This document shows positions 10,550 through 20,272 of a DNA stretch of 64,000 nt, in pieces. The DNA is from an uncultured Gemmatimonadales bacterium (lineage in GTDB: Bacteria; Gemmatimonadota; Gemmatimonadetes; Longimicrobiales; RSA9), in NCBI GenBank assembly GCA_963783305.1, contig CAWAMW010000015.1, positions 411,885-475,884 of the forward strand. The letters are read 5' to 3'. The notes under the pieces were generated by a model. That model was given only the letters and a program-made list of their open reading frames with translations. It made no database searches and was not told the DNA's origin. Position 1 is the first letter of the stretch, and every line of letters starts with the position of its first letter. A program made the translations under genes and the position numbers.

Positions 10550-10576
10550 TGAAACCGGTATATGGGGTGATCCGTA
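10550..10576 (+). promoter_or_regulatory. ECF sigma (SigW-type) promoter candidate
   Basis: TGAAAC-N17-CGTA ending 10 nt before the permease ATG. Confidence 0.55.
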
Positions 10577-10586
10577 CCGCTCCATC

Positions 10587-13064
10587 ATGGAACAGCTGCG
10601 GCGGGACCTCGTCTACGCCCTTCGCGGGCTTCGAGGCGCTCCCGGCTTCGCCCTGATCGCCATTGCCACGCTGGCGCTGGGGATCGGGGTCAACAGCACC
10701 ATCTTCAGCGTAGTCAGCGCCGTGCTCTTCCGGCCACTGCCGGTCGAGCGGCCGGTCGAGCTCGTGGACGTGTACGGCCACGCCGCGACGGCGGGGACCC
10801 ACGACTCCAGCTCCTACCCGAACTACCTGGACTACAGGGAGCAGGCGAGCACCCTCACCGGCCTGGTTGCGTACACGAACTTCTTCGCCACGCTCACGCT
10901 GGAGGGGCGCTCGGAGCTGGTCGTGGGCGAGGCCGTATCCGACAACTACTTCGCTGTCCTGGGCGTTCGGCCCGCTCTCGGCCGGCCGTTCGTAGCCGAG
11001 GACTTCTCCGCACGAGGCACCTACCCGGTAACCATCGTGAGCCATCCGTTCTGGCGGAGCCGCCTGGGAGCGGACCCGGAGGCGGTCGGTCGGCCGGTCC
11101 GTATCAACGGCACGACGTATACGGTGGTGGGGGTGGCGCCGCGGGGTTTCGGCGGGATGATGCCCGCCGTGACCGCGCAGCTGTGGATCCCGCTCGCCAT
11201 GGTGGACGAGGTGGAGCCGCTGGGGAACCGGCGGTACACGGGCGGCGCCGGAGGGGTGTCGCTGCTGGACCGTCGCGGTCAGCACTTCCTGTGGCTGCGC
11301 GGGCGGATGGCGAAGGGAGCGCAGCTCGGCCAGGTGCAGGCGGAGCTCCAGTCGATCGCGGCTCGGCTCGCGGATGCGTACCCTGAGACCAACGAGCTCG
11401 AACGCGTGACCGTGCTCCGGACCCGCAATGTTTCGCTCAACCCGGACATCGACCGGACCGTGGCGCCGGCGGGGCTGGTGCTGATCGTGTCCGTCGGGCT
11501 CGTCCTCCTGGTGGCGTGCGCCAACCTGGCCAACATGATGCTCGCGCGAGCCACGTCCCGTCGCCGCGAGATGGCGCTCCGGCTCGCCCTCGGCGCGACC
11601 CGCGGCCGGCTGGTCCGCCAGATCCTGGCGGAGAGCATGGTGGTCGCGCTGGCGGGCGGCGCGATCGCCGTCCTCCTGGCGCGGTGGCTGACCACCCTCC
11701 TCGCCCGCTTTCAGCCGCCCCTCCCCATCGATCTCGGGCTCCGGGTGGACCCCGACTGGCGCGTGCTCCTCTTCACCTTCGGCCTGGCCGTGGCGACGGG
11801 CGTGGCGTTCGGCCTCTACCCCGCCCTCCGCGCGTCACGCCCGGAGCTGGTACCGGCGCTCAGGGACGCGGGCGAGGGCGAGGCGCGCGGCCGTCACGGG
11901 ATCGAGCTGCGGGATGGGCTGGTGGTGGCCCAGGTCGCGTTTTCCCTGGTCCTGCTGGTCACAGGCGCCCTCCTGATGCGAAGCATGGGGCAGGCCGCAC
12001 GCATCGACCTGGGATACGACAGCGACCGGATCGCCCACCTCGGCATGGCGCTGGAGATGAACGGCTACACCGGCGCCGACGCCCGCGCACTCCTGGACGC
12101 CGGCACGCTTCGGCTCCGGGCACTGCCGGAGGTCAAGGCCGTCGGGCTCGCTTCGCGGGTCCCGCAGTCACTCAACAACAACGGGTTCGGCATCTTCATC
12201 GACGGCCACCAGGGCTCCAGCGCCGATACCCCGTACCGCCTCGACGGCGCCTACATCGACGACGGGTATTTCGAGGTGCTGCAGCTCCGCATCGTGGCCG
12301 GGCGCGGCATCGAGCCCGCCGACCGCGACGAGCGCCGGCGCGTGGCCGTGATCACCGAGACCATGGCCGCCAGGTTCTGGCCCGACGGCGACGCCCTGGG
12401 ACGCGCCTTCCGGACAACGTGGGAGGGGGAGCCATACGAGGTGGTGGGGATCGTGGAAGACTACAGGGTCGATACCCCCGGCGAGGCACCCAAATCGTAC
12501 GTCCACCTTCCCCTCGATCCCGCGGGAACCTACGCCAACTTCCTGGTGCGGACCGCCGCCCCCGCCGCGCCGCTGGTGCCGGCACTCGAGGCGGAGCTGC
12601 GCACGCTCGACCCGGACCTCGTTTTCCTCGGCACCGGTACGCTCCGCCAGCTGGCCACCGTTCGCATATTTCCCATCCGCGCCGGCGCCTGGCTGATCGG
12701 CGCTGCCGGTATCCTCGCCCTGCTCCTCGCCGCTGTGGGGCTCTACGGCGTCATCGCGTTCTCCGTAAGCCGTCGCGTCCGCGAGATCGGCATCCGGAAA
12801 GCACTCGGCGCTCGCACGGGCAGCGTGCTCGGCATGGTGCTGCGGAAGGGGATGACGCTCGTGCTGGTGGGCGGCGCCCTCGGCGCGGTTATGGCCGCCC
12901 TGGCGGCACGGGCGCTCTCCGCCGTCCTCTTCGTTGACGCCTTCGACCTGCTCAGCTTCGGTGCGGCCTTCGCCGTGCTCCTCCTCGTGGCCGCGCTCGC
13001 CAACTGGATACCGGCCCGACGCGCATCGCGCGTCGAGCCGATGACCGCGCTCCGGGGGCGCTGA
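10587..13064 (+). CDS. ABC transporter permease, duplicated MacB/FtsX type (ADOP family)
   Basis: MEQLRRDLVYALRGLRGAPGF..LALGIGVNSTIFS, LVACANLANMMLARATSRRREMALRLALGA, RREIGIRKALGA-like second repeat, PARRASRVEPMTALR. Confidence 0.93.
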   Translation: MEQLRRDLVYALRGLRGAPGFALIAIATLALGIGVNSTIFSVVSAVLFRPLPVERPVELVDVYGHAATAGTHDSSSYPNYLDYREQASTLTGLVAYTNFFATLTLEGRSELVVGEAVSDNYFAVLGVRPALGRPFVAEDFSARGTYPVTIVSHPFWRSRLGADPEAVGRPVRINGTTYTVVGVAPRGFGGMMPAVTAQLWIPLAMVDEVEPLGNRRYTGGAGGVSLLDRRGQHFLWLRGRMAKGAQLGQVQAELQSIAARLADAYPETNELERVTVLRTRNVSLNPDIDRTVAPAGLVLIVSVGLVLLVACANLANMMLARATSRRREMALRLALGATRGRLVRQILAESMVVALAGGAIAVLLARWLTTLLARFQPPLPIDLGLRVDPDWRVLLFTFGLAVATGVAFGLYPALRASRPELVPALRDAGEGEARGRHGIELRDGLVVAQVAFSLVLLVTGALLMRSMGQAARIDLGYDSDRIAHLGMALEMNGYTGADARALLDAGTLRLRALPEVKAVGLASRVPQSLNNNGFGIFIDGHQGSSADTPYRLDGAYIDDGYFEVLQLRIVAGRGIEPADRDERRRVAVITETMAARFWPDGDALGRAFRTTWEGEPYEVVGIVEDYRVDTPGEAPKSYVHLPLDPAGTYANFLVRTAAPAAPLVPALEAELRTLDPDLVFLGTGTLRQLATVRIFPIRAGAWLIGAAGILALLLAAVGLYGVIAFSVSRRVREIGIRKALGARTGSVLGMVLRKGMTLVLVGGALGAVMAALAARALSAVLFVDAFDLLSFGAAFAVLLLVAALANWIPARRASRVEPMTALRGR

Positions 13065-13104
13065 CCCCCGAGCGCCGGGGACATCCCCCGAGCCCTGCTC
13101 TCGT

Positions 13105-13121
13105 GCCGCCAGACCGGCGGC
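13105..13121 (-). promoter_or_regulatory. Candidate bacterial SECIS element
   Basis: Minus strand TGA-AGAGTGGGCTGA-GCCGCC-GGTCT-GGCGGC; the apical GG begins 18 nt after the TGA at 13136-13134, as in E. coli fdhF. Confidence 0.7.
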
Positions 13122-13340
13122 TCAGCCCACTCTTCAGCCGCCGCCCGTCCAGGTGCTGGTCGAGCATGCCCCCGCTCCCCCACCACCGGACCCACCAGTG
13201 ACGGACGCGGTGGACATCCCCAGCTCCGTCTCATCGCTCCCGCAGTCGGGGCAGCTCGGCGCTTCCGCGCGTTCGCTCATCCGGCGCATGGCCTCGAAGC
13301 GTCGATTGCACGCGGCGCAGCGGTATTCGTAGATTGGCAT
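13122..13340 (-). CDS. FmdB-family zinc-ribbon protein; candidate selenoprotein (68 aa if TGA 13134-13136 is a stop, 72 aa with Sec69)
   Basis: [11 protein letters not shown]...FE...CPDCGS signature; tail [21 protein letters not shown] with SECIS-like hairpin. Confidence 0.9.
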
Positions 13341-13490
13341 GGCGTCCTTTACTATTCTAGTAGACAGTACAGTAATATTACCCCGCCGCCCTGCCAAGGG
13401 GCGGGGGCGGGTGGAGCAGGAGGCTTGCCCGCGGCGGCCGGAGCAGAGTCGAGGCCGACTGACCCCTCTCTCAATGAACCAGAGGCCCGC

Positions 13491-13946
13491 ATGTTCAAGG
13501 AATTCAGGGAATTCGCTGTTCGCGGCAACGTGATCGACATGGCCGTGGGGATCATCATCGGGGCGGCGTTCGGCGGAATCGTGCAGTCGCTGGTGAAGGA
13601 CATCCTGATGCCCCCGATCGGACTGCTGTTGGGCGATGTGGATTTCGCGGACCTGTTCATCCTGCTGAAGGAGGGTGCGGAGTCGGCGCCGTACGCGACG
13701 CTGGAAGCCGCAAGCGCGGCCGGCGCGGTGACGATCAACTATGGGGTGTTCCTGAACGCGCTGATCAGTTTCATGATCGTGGCGTTCGCGGTCTTCCTGC
13801 TGGTGCGCTACATGAACAGGCTTCAGCGCCCGGTGGAAGCGTCGGGCCCGGTGGTCCCCACGATAAAGCGGTGCGAGCACTGCGCCACGGAGATCCCCAT
13901 CGCCGCGAAGCGCTGTCCCAACTGCACGTCGCAGCTGACGGAGTGA
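13491..13946 (+). CDS. mscL: Large-conductance mechanosensitive channel with C-terminal zinc-ribbon extension
   Basis: [44 protein letters not shown]...[12 protein letters not shown]; tail CEHC...CPNC. Confidence 0.96.
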   Translation: MFKEFREFAVRGNVIDMAVGIIIGAAFGGIVQSLVKDILMPPIGLLLGDVDFADLFILLKEGAESAPYATLEAASAAGAVTINYGVFLNALISFMIVAFAVFLLVRYMNRLQRPVEASGPVVPTIKRCEHCATEIPIAAKRCPNCTSQLTE

Positions 13947-14192
13947 TTGCAGGGGGCCGAGCGAACGGTCGCGTGCGCTCCCCAGTGGCTTCGCTCCGTC
14001 TTTCCTTCCACGTCTCGCCGCCACAGCCGGAAGGAAGAGCGCACGTCCAGTCGACGCCGCGCGCAGCGCGGTCGCCTCGCGCGCAGCGCGGGCGATCGAC
14101 CCCCCGCGCCAGCGGGGTCCTCGGGAAGCGAAGCGCCCCCGAGGATCGACCCTCGCCCGGCCCCCCTCGGCTCTTTCAGCGGCGCTGCTACC

Positions 14193-14795
14193 CTAGTTGG
14201 CCCCCGGGCCCACCGGCGCCGGGCCACGGGGCTGACTGGCGACGATCTCGTCCAGCCGCTCGATCAGCGCTTCGGCCTCCGGGTCGATCTCGGTCATGCG
14301 AGCGCGGTGCGCGGCCTCGAACTCCTGGATCGACTCACGGATCTCCGGGCGCTCGAGAACGGCGGCCTGAAGCTGCTGGACTTCCTGCTGGAGTCCGTTG
14401 GCGCCCAACCGGAGGTTCTGGAGCGCGGCCTGGTCACTGGCCTGCTGAGCGGCGGTCATCTTCTCCTGGAACTCCTCCATCCGGTCCACGAGCTCCGGGT
14501 TTTCTTCCCGCATGGCGGCCTGGACGCGCGCCTGCAGCTCCGCGAGCTGAGAGGCGAGCTCTTCGTCCTGCAGGGCCTGACGGCTGATGGGCTCCAGGCG
14601 CTGCTGGATCTGCTGGACCTCCATGACCTGCTGCATGGTCTCGGCGCCCATGGGCATCTGCCCCTGCCCGGCGGGCTGCTCGGCCGCCGCGTCCGCTGCT
14701 TCGGAGTCGTTTTCCCCGTCGCTATCGCAGGCGGCGGCGGTGAGGAGCGTCAGAACCAGCATGCCGTAGATCTTCGCTTTGTGCATCGAACCCAT
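14193..14795 (-). CDS. Hypothetical coiled-coil lipoprotein
   Basis: Lipobox LTAAA-C; Q/E-rich heptad helices. Confidence 0.75.
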   Translation of the reverse strand: MGSMHKAKIYGMLVLTLLTAAACDSDGENDSEAADAAAEQPAGQGQMPMGAETMQQVMEVQQIQQRLEPISRQALQDEELASQLAELQARVQAAMREENPELVDRMEEFQEKMTAAQQASDQAALQNLRLGANGLQQEVQQLQAAVLERPEIRESIQEFEAAHRARMTEIDPEAEALIERLDEIVASQPRGPAPVGPGAN

Positions 14796-14923
14796 CTTTC
14801 TTCGAGTCTAGGTGCCCCCGGTCTTCCAGGGCGTGCTCATACGCCCGGGCGAGCGTTTAGGTCCCGCGGGCGATCGGGCCCGGTGGGGCTGCGGGTGGCG
14901 GGGGCCCGCCCTATACTTCGCGG

Positions 14924-15493
14924 ATGGAACCTGAACAGTGGATGTCGCTGTGGCCGGAGCTGGTGGCCAACACGATCGGAGTGCTGCTGGGCGGCATCGG
15001 CGCCCTCGCGCTTGCGCGCTGGCAGCTGCACCGGCGGTCGGCGGAGGAGCGGGAGCGCACACGCGAGCACGTGAAAGCGGTCCTGGACTGGGCGCGGCTG
15101 GAGCTGGATGAGAACCTCGAGCTCATCGAGGAGCTGCAGCGGGTCTTCAGCCGCGACCGTGCCGGTCGGGCCGACCTGCTCCGATGGGCGGCGACGATCG
15201 GCGATGCCCTCTCTCTCGAGGCGCACGCGGAGCTGGTCCGTGGGGGTCACCATCGTCGGCTGCCGGGAGCGGTGGAGACGCAGTTCCTCCGTGCGTACCA
15301 GGCGGTGCGTGCGCTCCGCAACTCGCTGCGTCAGGCGGAGCCCGCGGTGAGCTTCTACGTCGGGTGCTGCGGCGAGGAGGAGTCGGCGCAGCGGCTGGTA
15401 GTGGAGCTGGAGGAGCGGATCGACAGGGGCCGGGAGCAGGTCGCGCGGTCGCGCGAGATCCTGGAGTCGCTCGAGCTGCCGACCCCCGCGTGA
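14924..15493 (+). CDS. Hypothetical protein with N-terminal TM helix
   Basis: ELVANTIGVLLGGIGALAL followed by a helical domain; 10 nt upstream of the next gene. Confidence 0.65.
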   Translation: MEPEQWMSLWPELVANTIGVLLGGIGALALARWQLHRRSAEERERTREHVKAVLDWARLELDENLELIEELQRVFSRDRAGRADLLRWAATIGDALSLEAHAELVRGGHHRRLPGAVETQFLRAYQAVRALRNSLRQAEPAVSFYVGCCGEEESAQRLVVELEERIDRGREQVARSREILESLELPTPA

Positions 15494-15503
15494 ACCGCGG
15501 CGC

Positions 15504-16751
15504 ATGACGCCACGGCGGATGACGATCATCGGGGCCGGAGCCGCCGGCCTGATGGCGGCGATCCATGCGGCCGGGCCGGGCCGGCAGGTAACGCTGGTCG
15601 AGCGCACGAAGGATGGCGGTCGGAAGATCCTCATCAGCGGCGGGGGACGCTGCAACATTCTGCCCTCGAGCTGGCGCCCCGAGCAGTACGTGACGGCGTC
15701 GTCCCCCAACACGCTGCGCAACATGTTGCGCTCCTGGCCGCTCGCGGAGCAGCGCCGGTTCTTCGAAAATACGCTGGGGCTCCGCCTCGCCCTGGAGGAG
15801 GAGAATGGAAAGCTCTTCCCGGTCTCCAACAGCGCGCGGGACGTACGGGATCGCCTGATCGCGCACGCGCGCGAGCGGGGGGTCCACATCCGATTCGAGA
15901 CGCGGGTTACCGGGCTACGCCCCGCGGGCGCCGATGGGTGGGAGGTCCGCGTCGCCGAAGGAGATTCGATCCGGTCGGACGCGGTGGTCGTGGCGACGGG
16001 CGGCCTCTCGGTGCCGGCCACGGGCAGCGACGGGACGGGGCTCCGTCTCCTCGAGACGCTGGGCCACACGATTCACCCGCTCTATCCGGCGCTGACGCCG
16101 CTCACCGCGGAGCCGCCGCGCCACGCTCCGCTCGCCGGTGTCTCGCTCGACGTTGCAATCGAGGCGCCGCTGGAGCGGGGGGCGTTCGAGAGCGCTGGCG
16201 GCTTTCTCTTCACCCACCGCGGCTACAGCGGCCCGGCCGTGCTGAACGTATCCCACCTGGCGGTCCGGCATCGGCTGGCGGGGGGCCTGCCCGGGGAACG
16301 CCCCATCCACGTCCGGTGGACGGGCGAGGACTCGGCTACGTGGGATCGCGCGCTGGTGGAGGAGCCCTCCGGCACCGTCGCGTCCCTGCTCCGCCGCCGA
16401 CTTCCGACGCGGCTCGCGGATGCGCTGATCCGGGAATCCAGGGTCCAGCCGGACCGATCGCTGGCCCAGCTCCAGCGCGAGGAGCGCGGTCGACTCGTGG
16501 ACGTCCTCGCCCGGTATCCGCTCCCCTGGACCGGCGATGAGGGCTACAAGAAGGCCGAAGTGACAGGGGGCGGGGTCGCCCTCGACGAGGTGGACCCGCG
16601 CACGCTGGAGAGCCGTGTGGCTCCCGGCCTGTTCCTGTGCGGTGAGCTCCTGGACGCTTTTGGGCCGATCGGCGGCTACAACTTCCTCTGGGGGTGGGCC
16701 ACGGGTCGCGCGGCCGGCCTCGGCGCCGCCGGGGACCGCCCCGAGCGCTGA
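15504..16751 (+). CDS. HI0933/YhiN/BaiN-family flavoprotein
   Basis: IIGAGAAGLMAA, GRKILISGGGRCN, ATGGLSVPATGSDGTG, FTHRGYSGP, AEVTGGGV, GPIGGYNF. Confidence 0.95.
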   Translation: MTPRRMTIIGAGAAGLMAAIHAAGPGRQVTLVERTKDGGRKILISGGGRCNILPSSWRPEQYVTASSPNTLRNMLRSWPLAEQRRFFENTLGLRLALEEENGKLFPVSNSARDVRDRLIAHARERGVHIRFETRVTGLRPAGADGWEVRVAEGDSIRSDAVVVATGGLSVPATGSDGTGLRLLETLGHTIHPLYPALTPLTAEPPRHAPLAGVSLDVAIEAPLERGAFESAGGFLFTHRGYSGPAVLNVSHLAVRHRLAGGLPGERPIHVRWTGEDSATWDRALVEEPSGTVASLLRRRLPTRLADALIRESRVQPDRSLAQLQREERGRLVDVLARYPLPWTGDEGYKKAEVTGGGVALDEVDPRTLESRVAPGLFLCGELLDAFGPIGGYNFLWGWATGRAAGLGAAGDRPER

Positions 16752-17866
16752 GCCAGGCGTGAACGGCGCCGCGGCTGGCCCCGGCGCGACCGCGGTCCCT
16801 GGCGCGACAGCTGGAGCAGGTAGGCACCGGCACCGGTGGCGGAGATCAGGGCCAGCGCCACGCCGCCGATGAAGGTCAGCACCGTGTACGCGGTGCTCCC
16901 CACCATGCCGGCGTGCAGCGGATAGATCGCGTGAGTCGCCCGATCCCCCGGGGCGGCCGCACATGCATCGACGCTCCGCAGCACTCCGCCTGCCGGATCC
17001 ACATGGACGTACGATCGCCCGTTCGGATGCAGCTCACAGGGTCGCCGCAGTCTGAACCCGTGGGCCGCTGAGGGATCGGCCGGCGGGTAGTAGAAGACCA
17101 GCCGCGCGTCCGGGAACACCTCCAGGGCGCGCGCGAAGATCGTCGGAACGGTGGGGGCGGAAGGGGCGGCCGCGGGCACGGGCGACGGGGTCAGCGGCGC
17201 GGGCTCCGCGGCCACGGCGTCGCCAAACACCCCGTTCAGCAGCGCGCGGGCCTCGGCATGGAAGACCATCCCGCTGCCGGTCAGAAGGAGAAGGATCAGG
17301 ATGGGCGCGGTGAGGGTCCCGAGATCCCGGTGCGAGATCAGGAGGAGTCGCCTCGTGAGGTCGCGTGGCCAGAGGGTCCGGAGTGAGAATCGCCGGCGGG
17401 ACGGCCACCAGAGGATGACGCCGGTGATCGCGAGCAGCGCGCCGAGGATCCCTGCGACGCCGCCGATCGTATGCCCCGCGTCCCCCGCCATCAGGTGCGC
17501 GTGGAGGTCGAAGAGGAAGGCCATGGGCCGATCCCTCGCTCCCCACTCGTCAATGACCGCGTGGTCCGTGGCCGACAGGAAGGCCTCGCCGTCCTCCAGG
17601 TACAGGTGGTAGGCGGGGACGCCCGGCTCCGGCAGCTTTACCGAACGGAGCGCGTCCCCGAAGTAGGCCGACGCCCGGGCGGCCGCCGCCGCGTGGTCGG
17701 CGGGCCCGAGATCGGGCGCGGGCGCACGCAGCTCGGGGTACACGGCCCTCCAGTACGGCTTCTTCAGGACGAGCGCCGAGCCGGTGACAGCCAGAACCAG
17801 CAGGAGCAGGGACAGGCCCACCCCGATGTAGAGGTGGACCTGTCGCAGCAGCGGCCGCATCGCCAC
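16676..17866 (-). CDS. PepSY-associated TM-helix protein (putative ferrisiderophore reductase)
   Basis: RQVHLYIG, FDLHAHL, GVILWWP, SHRDLG, YPLHAG His pattern; abuts the TonB receptor stop. Confidence 0.9.
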   Translation of the reverse strand: MAMRPLLRQVHLYIGVGLSLLLLVLAVTGSALVLKKPYWRAVYPELRAPAPDLGPADHAAAAARASAYFGDALRSVKLPEPGVPAYHLYLEDGEAFLSATDHAVIDEWGARDRPMAFLFDLHAHLMAGDAGHTIGGVAGILGALLAITGVILWWPSRRRFSLRTLWPRDLTRRLLLISHRDLGTLTAPILILLLLTGSGMVFHAEARALLNGVFGDAVAAEPAPLTPSPVPAAAPSAPTVPTIFARALEVFPDARLVFYYPPADPSAAHGFRLRRPCELHPNGRSYVHVDPAGGVLRSVDACAAAPGDRATHAIYPLHAGMVGSTAYTVLTFIGGVALALISATGAGAYLLQLSRQGPRSRRGQPRRRSRLAQRSGRSPAAPRPAARPVAHPQRKL

Positions 17867-20257
17867 CTAGAAGCCGCTTTCCACCCGCAGCGTCAGCGCC
17901 CGGCCGCGGCCCGCGAAGTAGCGGTCGTTGCGGTCGGTGGCGGCCTGCCCGAAGTAGGTGATGTAGTGTCGGTCGAAGAGATTGGAAGCCGAAAGGCTCA
18001 CCATGGCCCGCCGCAGGCTGGCGGCTATGGACAGGTCCGTCGTCGTGTAGCCGTCGAACGAGGCGGTCACCGCTCCCGCTCCGTCACGGAACGTCCTGTC
18101 GAAGTAGCGGAAGGTCTGGATCCGACCGCTGAAGCGGCCGCCGCGATTCACGTCCATGCTCAGGTTCAGGCGGTCCGGCCCGATGTCGGCGGCGCCCAGA
18201 TCCGACTCCACCGTGCCATCTCGGTCCCCGTCGAAGTGACCCTCGAGGAGCGAGTATCCCGCCGAGAGGGAGAGCCGGTCCGCGGGATCGAAGCGACCCG
18301 TCAGCTCCCAGCCGCTCGTCCGGGTGGGCTCGCGCATCACCTGGAAGATCCCATCGGCGTTCGGCACGAGCCGCGACCCCATCTCCGACTCGGAGCGGAA
18401 CCACGTGATCCCGAGATGCGAGCGTGCGGTGCCCCACGCCGTTCCCACCTCCACGTTGTCCGTCTCGATCGGCTGCAGGCTCAGGAACGATTCCACGGTC
18501 GTGCCTTCCTCCGAGACTCCACGCAGGACCCTCCCCACGTCCGGCATGGTGAAAGCCTGCGAAAAGGTGCCGTAGAAGCGGAGGCCCGGTACCGGGTTCA
18601 CCACCGCGCCGATGTTCATCAGCGGCTGATCGAAGCTCGGGCTGCCACCCTCGACGCGCACCCGCTGAAAGTCCGACCGGTTCCCCGCCAGCGCGGTGAA
18701 GTCCGGCACATCCAGCCGCGCGAGCTCCCAACGCAGGCCGCCCGTGAGTGTGAGCGCGTCCAGGACGTCCACGTCGAGCTGCACGAACGGCGCGTAATTG
18801 AAAAACGTGGTCTCCGGGACCCAGTTGCGGTCGGTGTGTACGAGCCGCTGGTACGTCCGGTCCCGCAGGACGTCGAACCCGGCCACTACGCCCAGAGGAC
18901 TGCCCGCCACGCCATCGCGGGCGAACGTGAACCGCGTGCCCACCTTCTCCGAGTTATTCTCCGACTGGTCGAACACCTCACCCACCGGCGCGATCGTCGG
19001 GTCCTGGAAGGTGCCGAACCGGCCGCCGCCGAAAAGCGCCGCAAAATCCTGGTAGTACGCCTTCGCCGAGAGCGAGCCGCCGAACACCGCCGAATGGGTG
19101 TAGTCCAGCGACATGCTGGTCACGTCGTTGATCGGCTCCACGCCCTCCGGATCACCCTCCACCGCCACCGCCGGCACTCCTGCGGAGCGGTCGCCCTCGA
19201 GGCTCTCGAACCCTCCGTTCTGCGCCAGCCGGAAATCGCTCACGCTGAACTGCAGCCGCTGCGACGCGTCCGGCTCCCAGCCCACCTTGCCAAAGAAGTT
19301 TCGGCTCTCCGAGTCCGCGATGTCGCCCTGCACGTTGTCCAGCGCGATCGCACGACCCTCCCCGTCGTAGTGCAGCCCGCGCCGCTCGAGACTGAACGAG
19401 CCCAGCAGGTCGAACGCGCCGATCCGCTTCGCCGCCAGATAGCTCCCGGACCAGCCGAAGCCGTTGTCGGCGAGCTCACCGCTGCCCGACGTGCTCAACG
19501 TGACCCGCTGCTCCAGCTTCCCCGATTGCGACGGACTCACCGTGATGTAGTTGATGATCCCACCCGTCGCGCCCAGCCCCTGGATCGCATTCGCACCGAA
19601 CACCACCTCCACTCGCTCGACGGCGTCCATCCCGATCGTGAAACCGTCACGCCGACCATCCCGCAGCGGGTTCGACTGCGGTACTCCGTCGATCAGGAAC
19701 AGCGGCCGCCGCCCCCGGAAGCTCTCGCCCGCGCTCGTCAGCTTCTGACGACCCGGCGAGAAGCTCGGCACCAGGTTCGCCACCATCTCCGTCGGGTTCG
19801 ACGACAGCGCCCGCTGCTGAACCAGGTCCTCCGACTCCAGCACGTTGATCTTCACCGGCAGCGTCGCGGGCGTCCTCCCACCTCGCGTGGTCGAGATCAC
19901 TCGCAGTCCCTCGAGACCCAGCGGCGCCGTTTCCAGAACCAGGCGCAGCGGCGACGCTCCGGCATCGACCTCCACCCGCTGATCGTACGTTCGGTATCCG
20001 AGCGCGTTCACCTCCACCGTGTAGGAGCCCCGCGCCAGCCCCTGGATCCGGAACGCGCCACCCTCCCCCGTCAGCGTAGACCGCCGGACCGCGCCCCTCA
20101 CGACCACTTCCGCGCCCGCCACCGGTGCGCCGTCCCGATCCACGACGGTGCCGAACAACGGAACCTCCGCCTCCTGGGCCGAGAGGGGCGCGGTCCAGGC
20201 GGTGAGTGCGAGCGCGAGCGCCCGTGTGGCGCGAATTGAAGATCGAAGAAAGTGCAT
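17867..20257 (-). CDS. TonB-dependent siderophore receptor (IutA-like) with N-terminal carboxypeptidase-regulatory-like domain
   Basis: Signal peptide; plug RGRRPLFLIDGVPQS...ERVEVVFGANAIQGLGATGGIINYIT; NLFDRHY; C-terminal Phe. Confidence 0.93.
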   Translation of the reverse strand: MHFLRSSIRATRALALALTAWTAPLSAQEAEVPLFGTVVDRDGAPVAGAEVVVRGAVRRSTLTGEGGAFRIQGLARGSYTVEVNALGYRTYDQRVEVDAGASPLRLVLETAPLGLEGLRVISTTRGGRTPATLPVKINVLESEDLVQQRALSSNPTEMVANLVPSFSPGRQKLTSAGESFRGRRPLFLIDGVPQSNPLRDGRRDGFTIGMDAVERVEVVFGANAIQGLGATGGIINYITVSPSQSGKLEQRVTLSTSGSGELADNGFGWSGSYLAAKRIGAFDLLGSFSLERRGLHYDGEGRAIALDNVQGDIADSESRNFFGKVGWEPDASQRLQFSVSDFRLAQNGGFESLEGDRSAGVPAVAVEGDPEGVEPINDVTSMSLDYTHSAVFGGSLSAKAYYQDFAALFGGGRFGTFQDPTIAPVGEVFDQSENNSEKVGTRFTFARDGVAGSPLGVVAGFDVLRDRTYQRLVHTDRNWVPETTFFNYAPFVQLDVDVLDALTLTGGLRWELARLDVPDFTALAGNRSDFQRVRVEGGSPSFDQPLMNIGAVVNPVPGLRFYGTFSQAFTMPDVGRVLRGVSEEGTTVESFLSLQPIETDNVEVGTAWGTARSHLGITWFRSESEMGSRLVPNADGIFQVMREPTRTSGWELTGRFDPADRLSLSAGYSLLEGHFDGDRDGTVESDLGAADIGPDRLNLSMDVNRGGRFSGRIQTFRYFDRTFRDGAGAVTASFDGYTTTDLSIAASLRRAMVSLSASNLFDRHYITYFGQAATDRNDRYFAGRGRALTLRVESGF

Positions 20258-20272
20258 GGTCTCTACTTGCGA

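Noticed and set aside
8817..11285. Apparent 1415-aa permease and 1443-aa kinase overlapping head to head
   Set aside because: Each N-terminal extension is the antisense of the other gene; family-typical starts are 10587 and about 10334.
17471..20239. 922-aa + strand ORF and similar long ORFs (27325-29313, 50441-52369, 24436-25836, 47801-49306)
   Set aside because: Antisense shadows of well-supported genes, expected at this GC content; no recognisable motifs.
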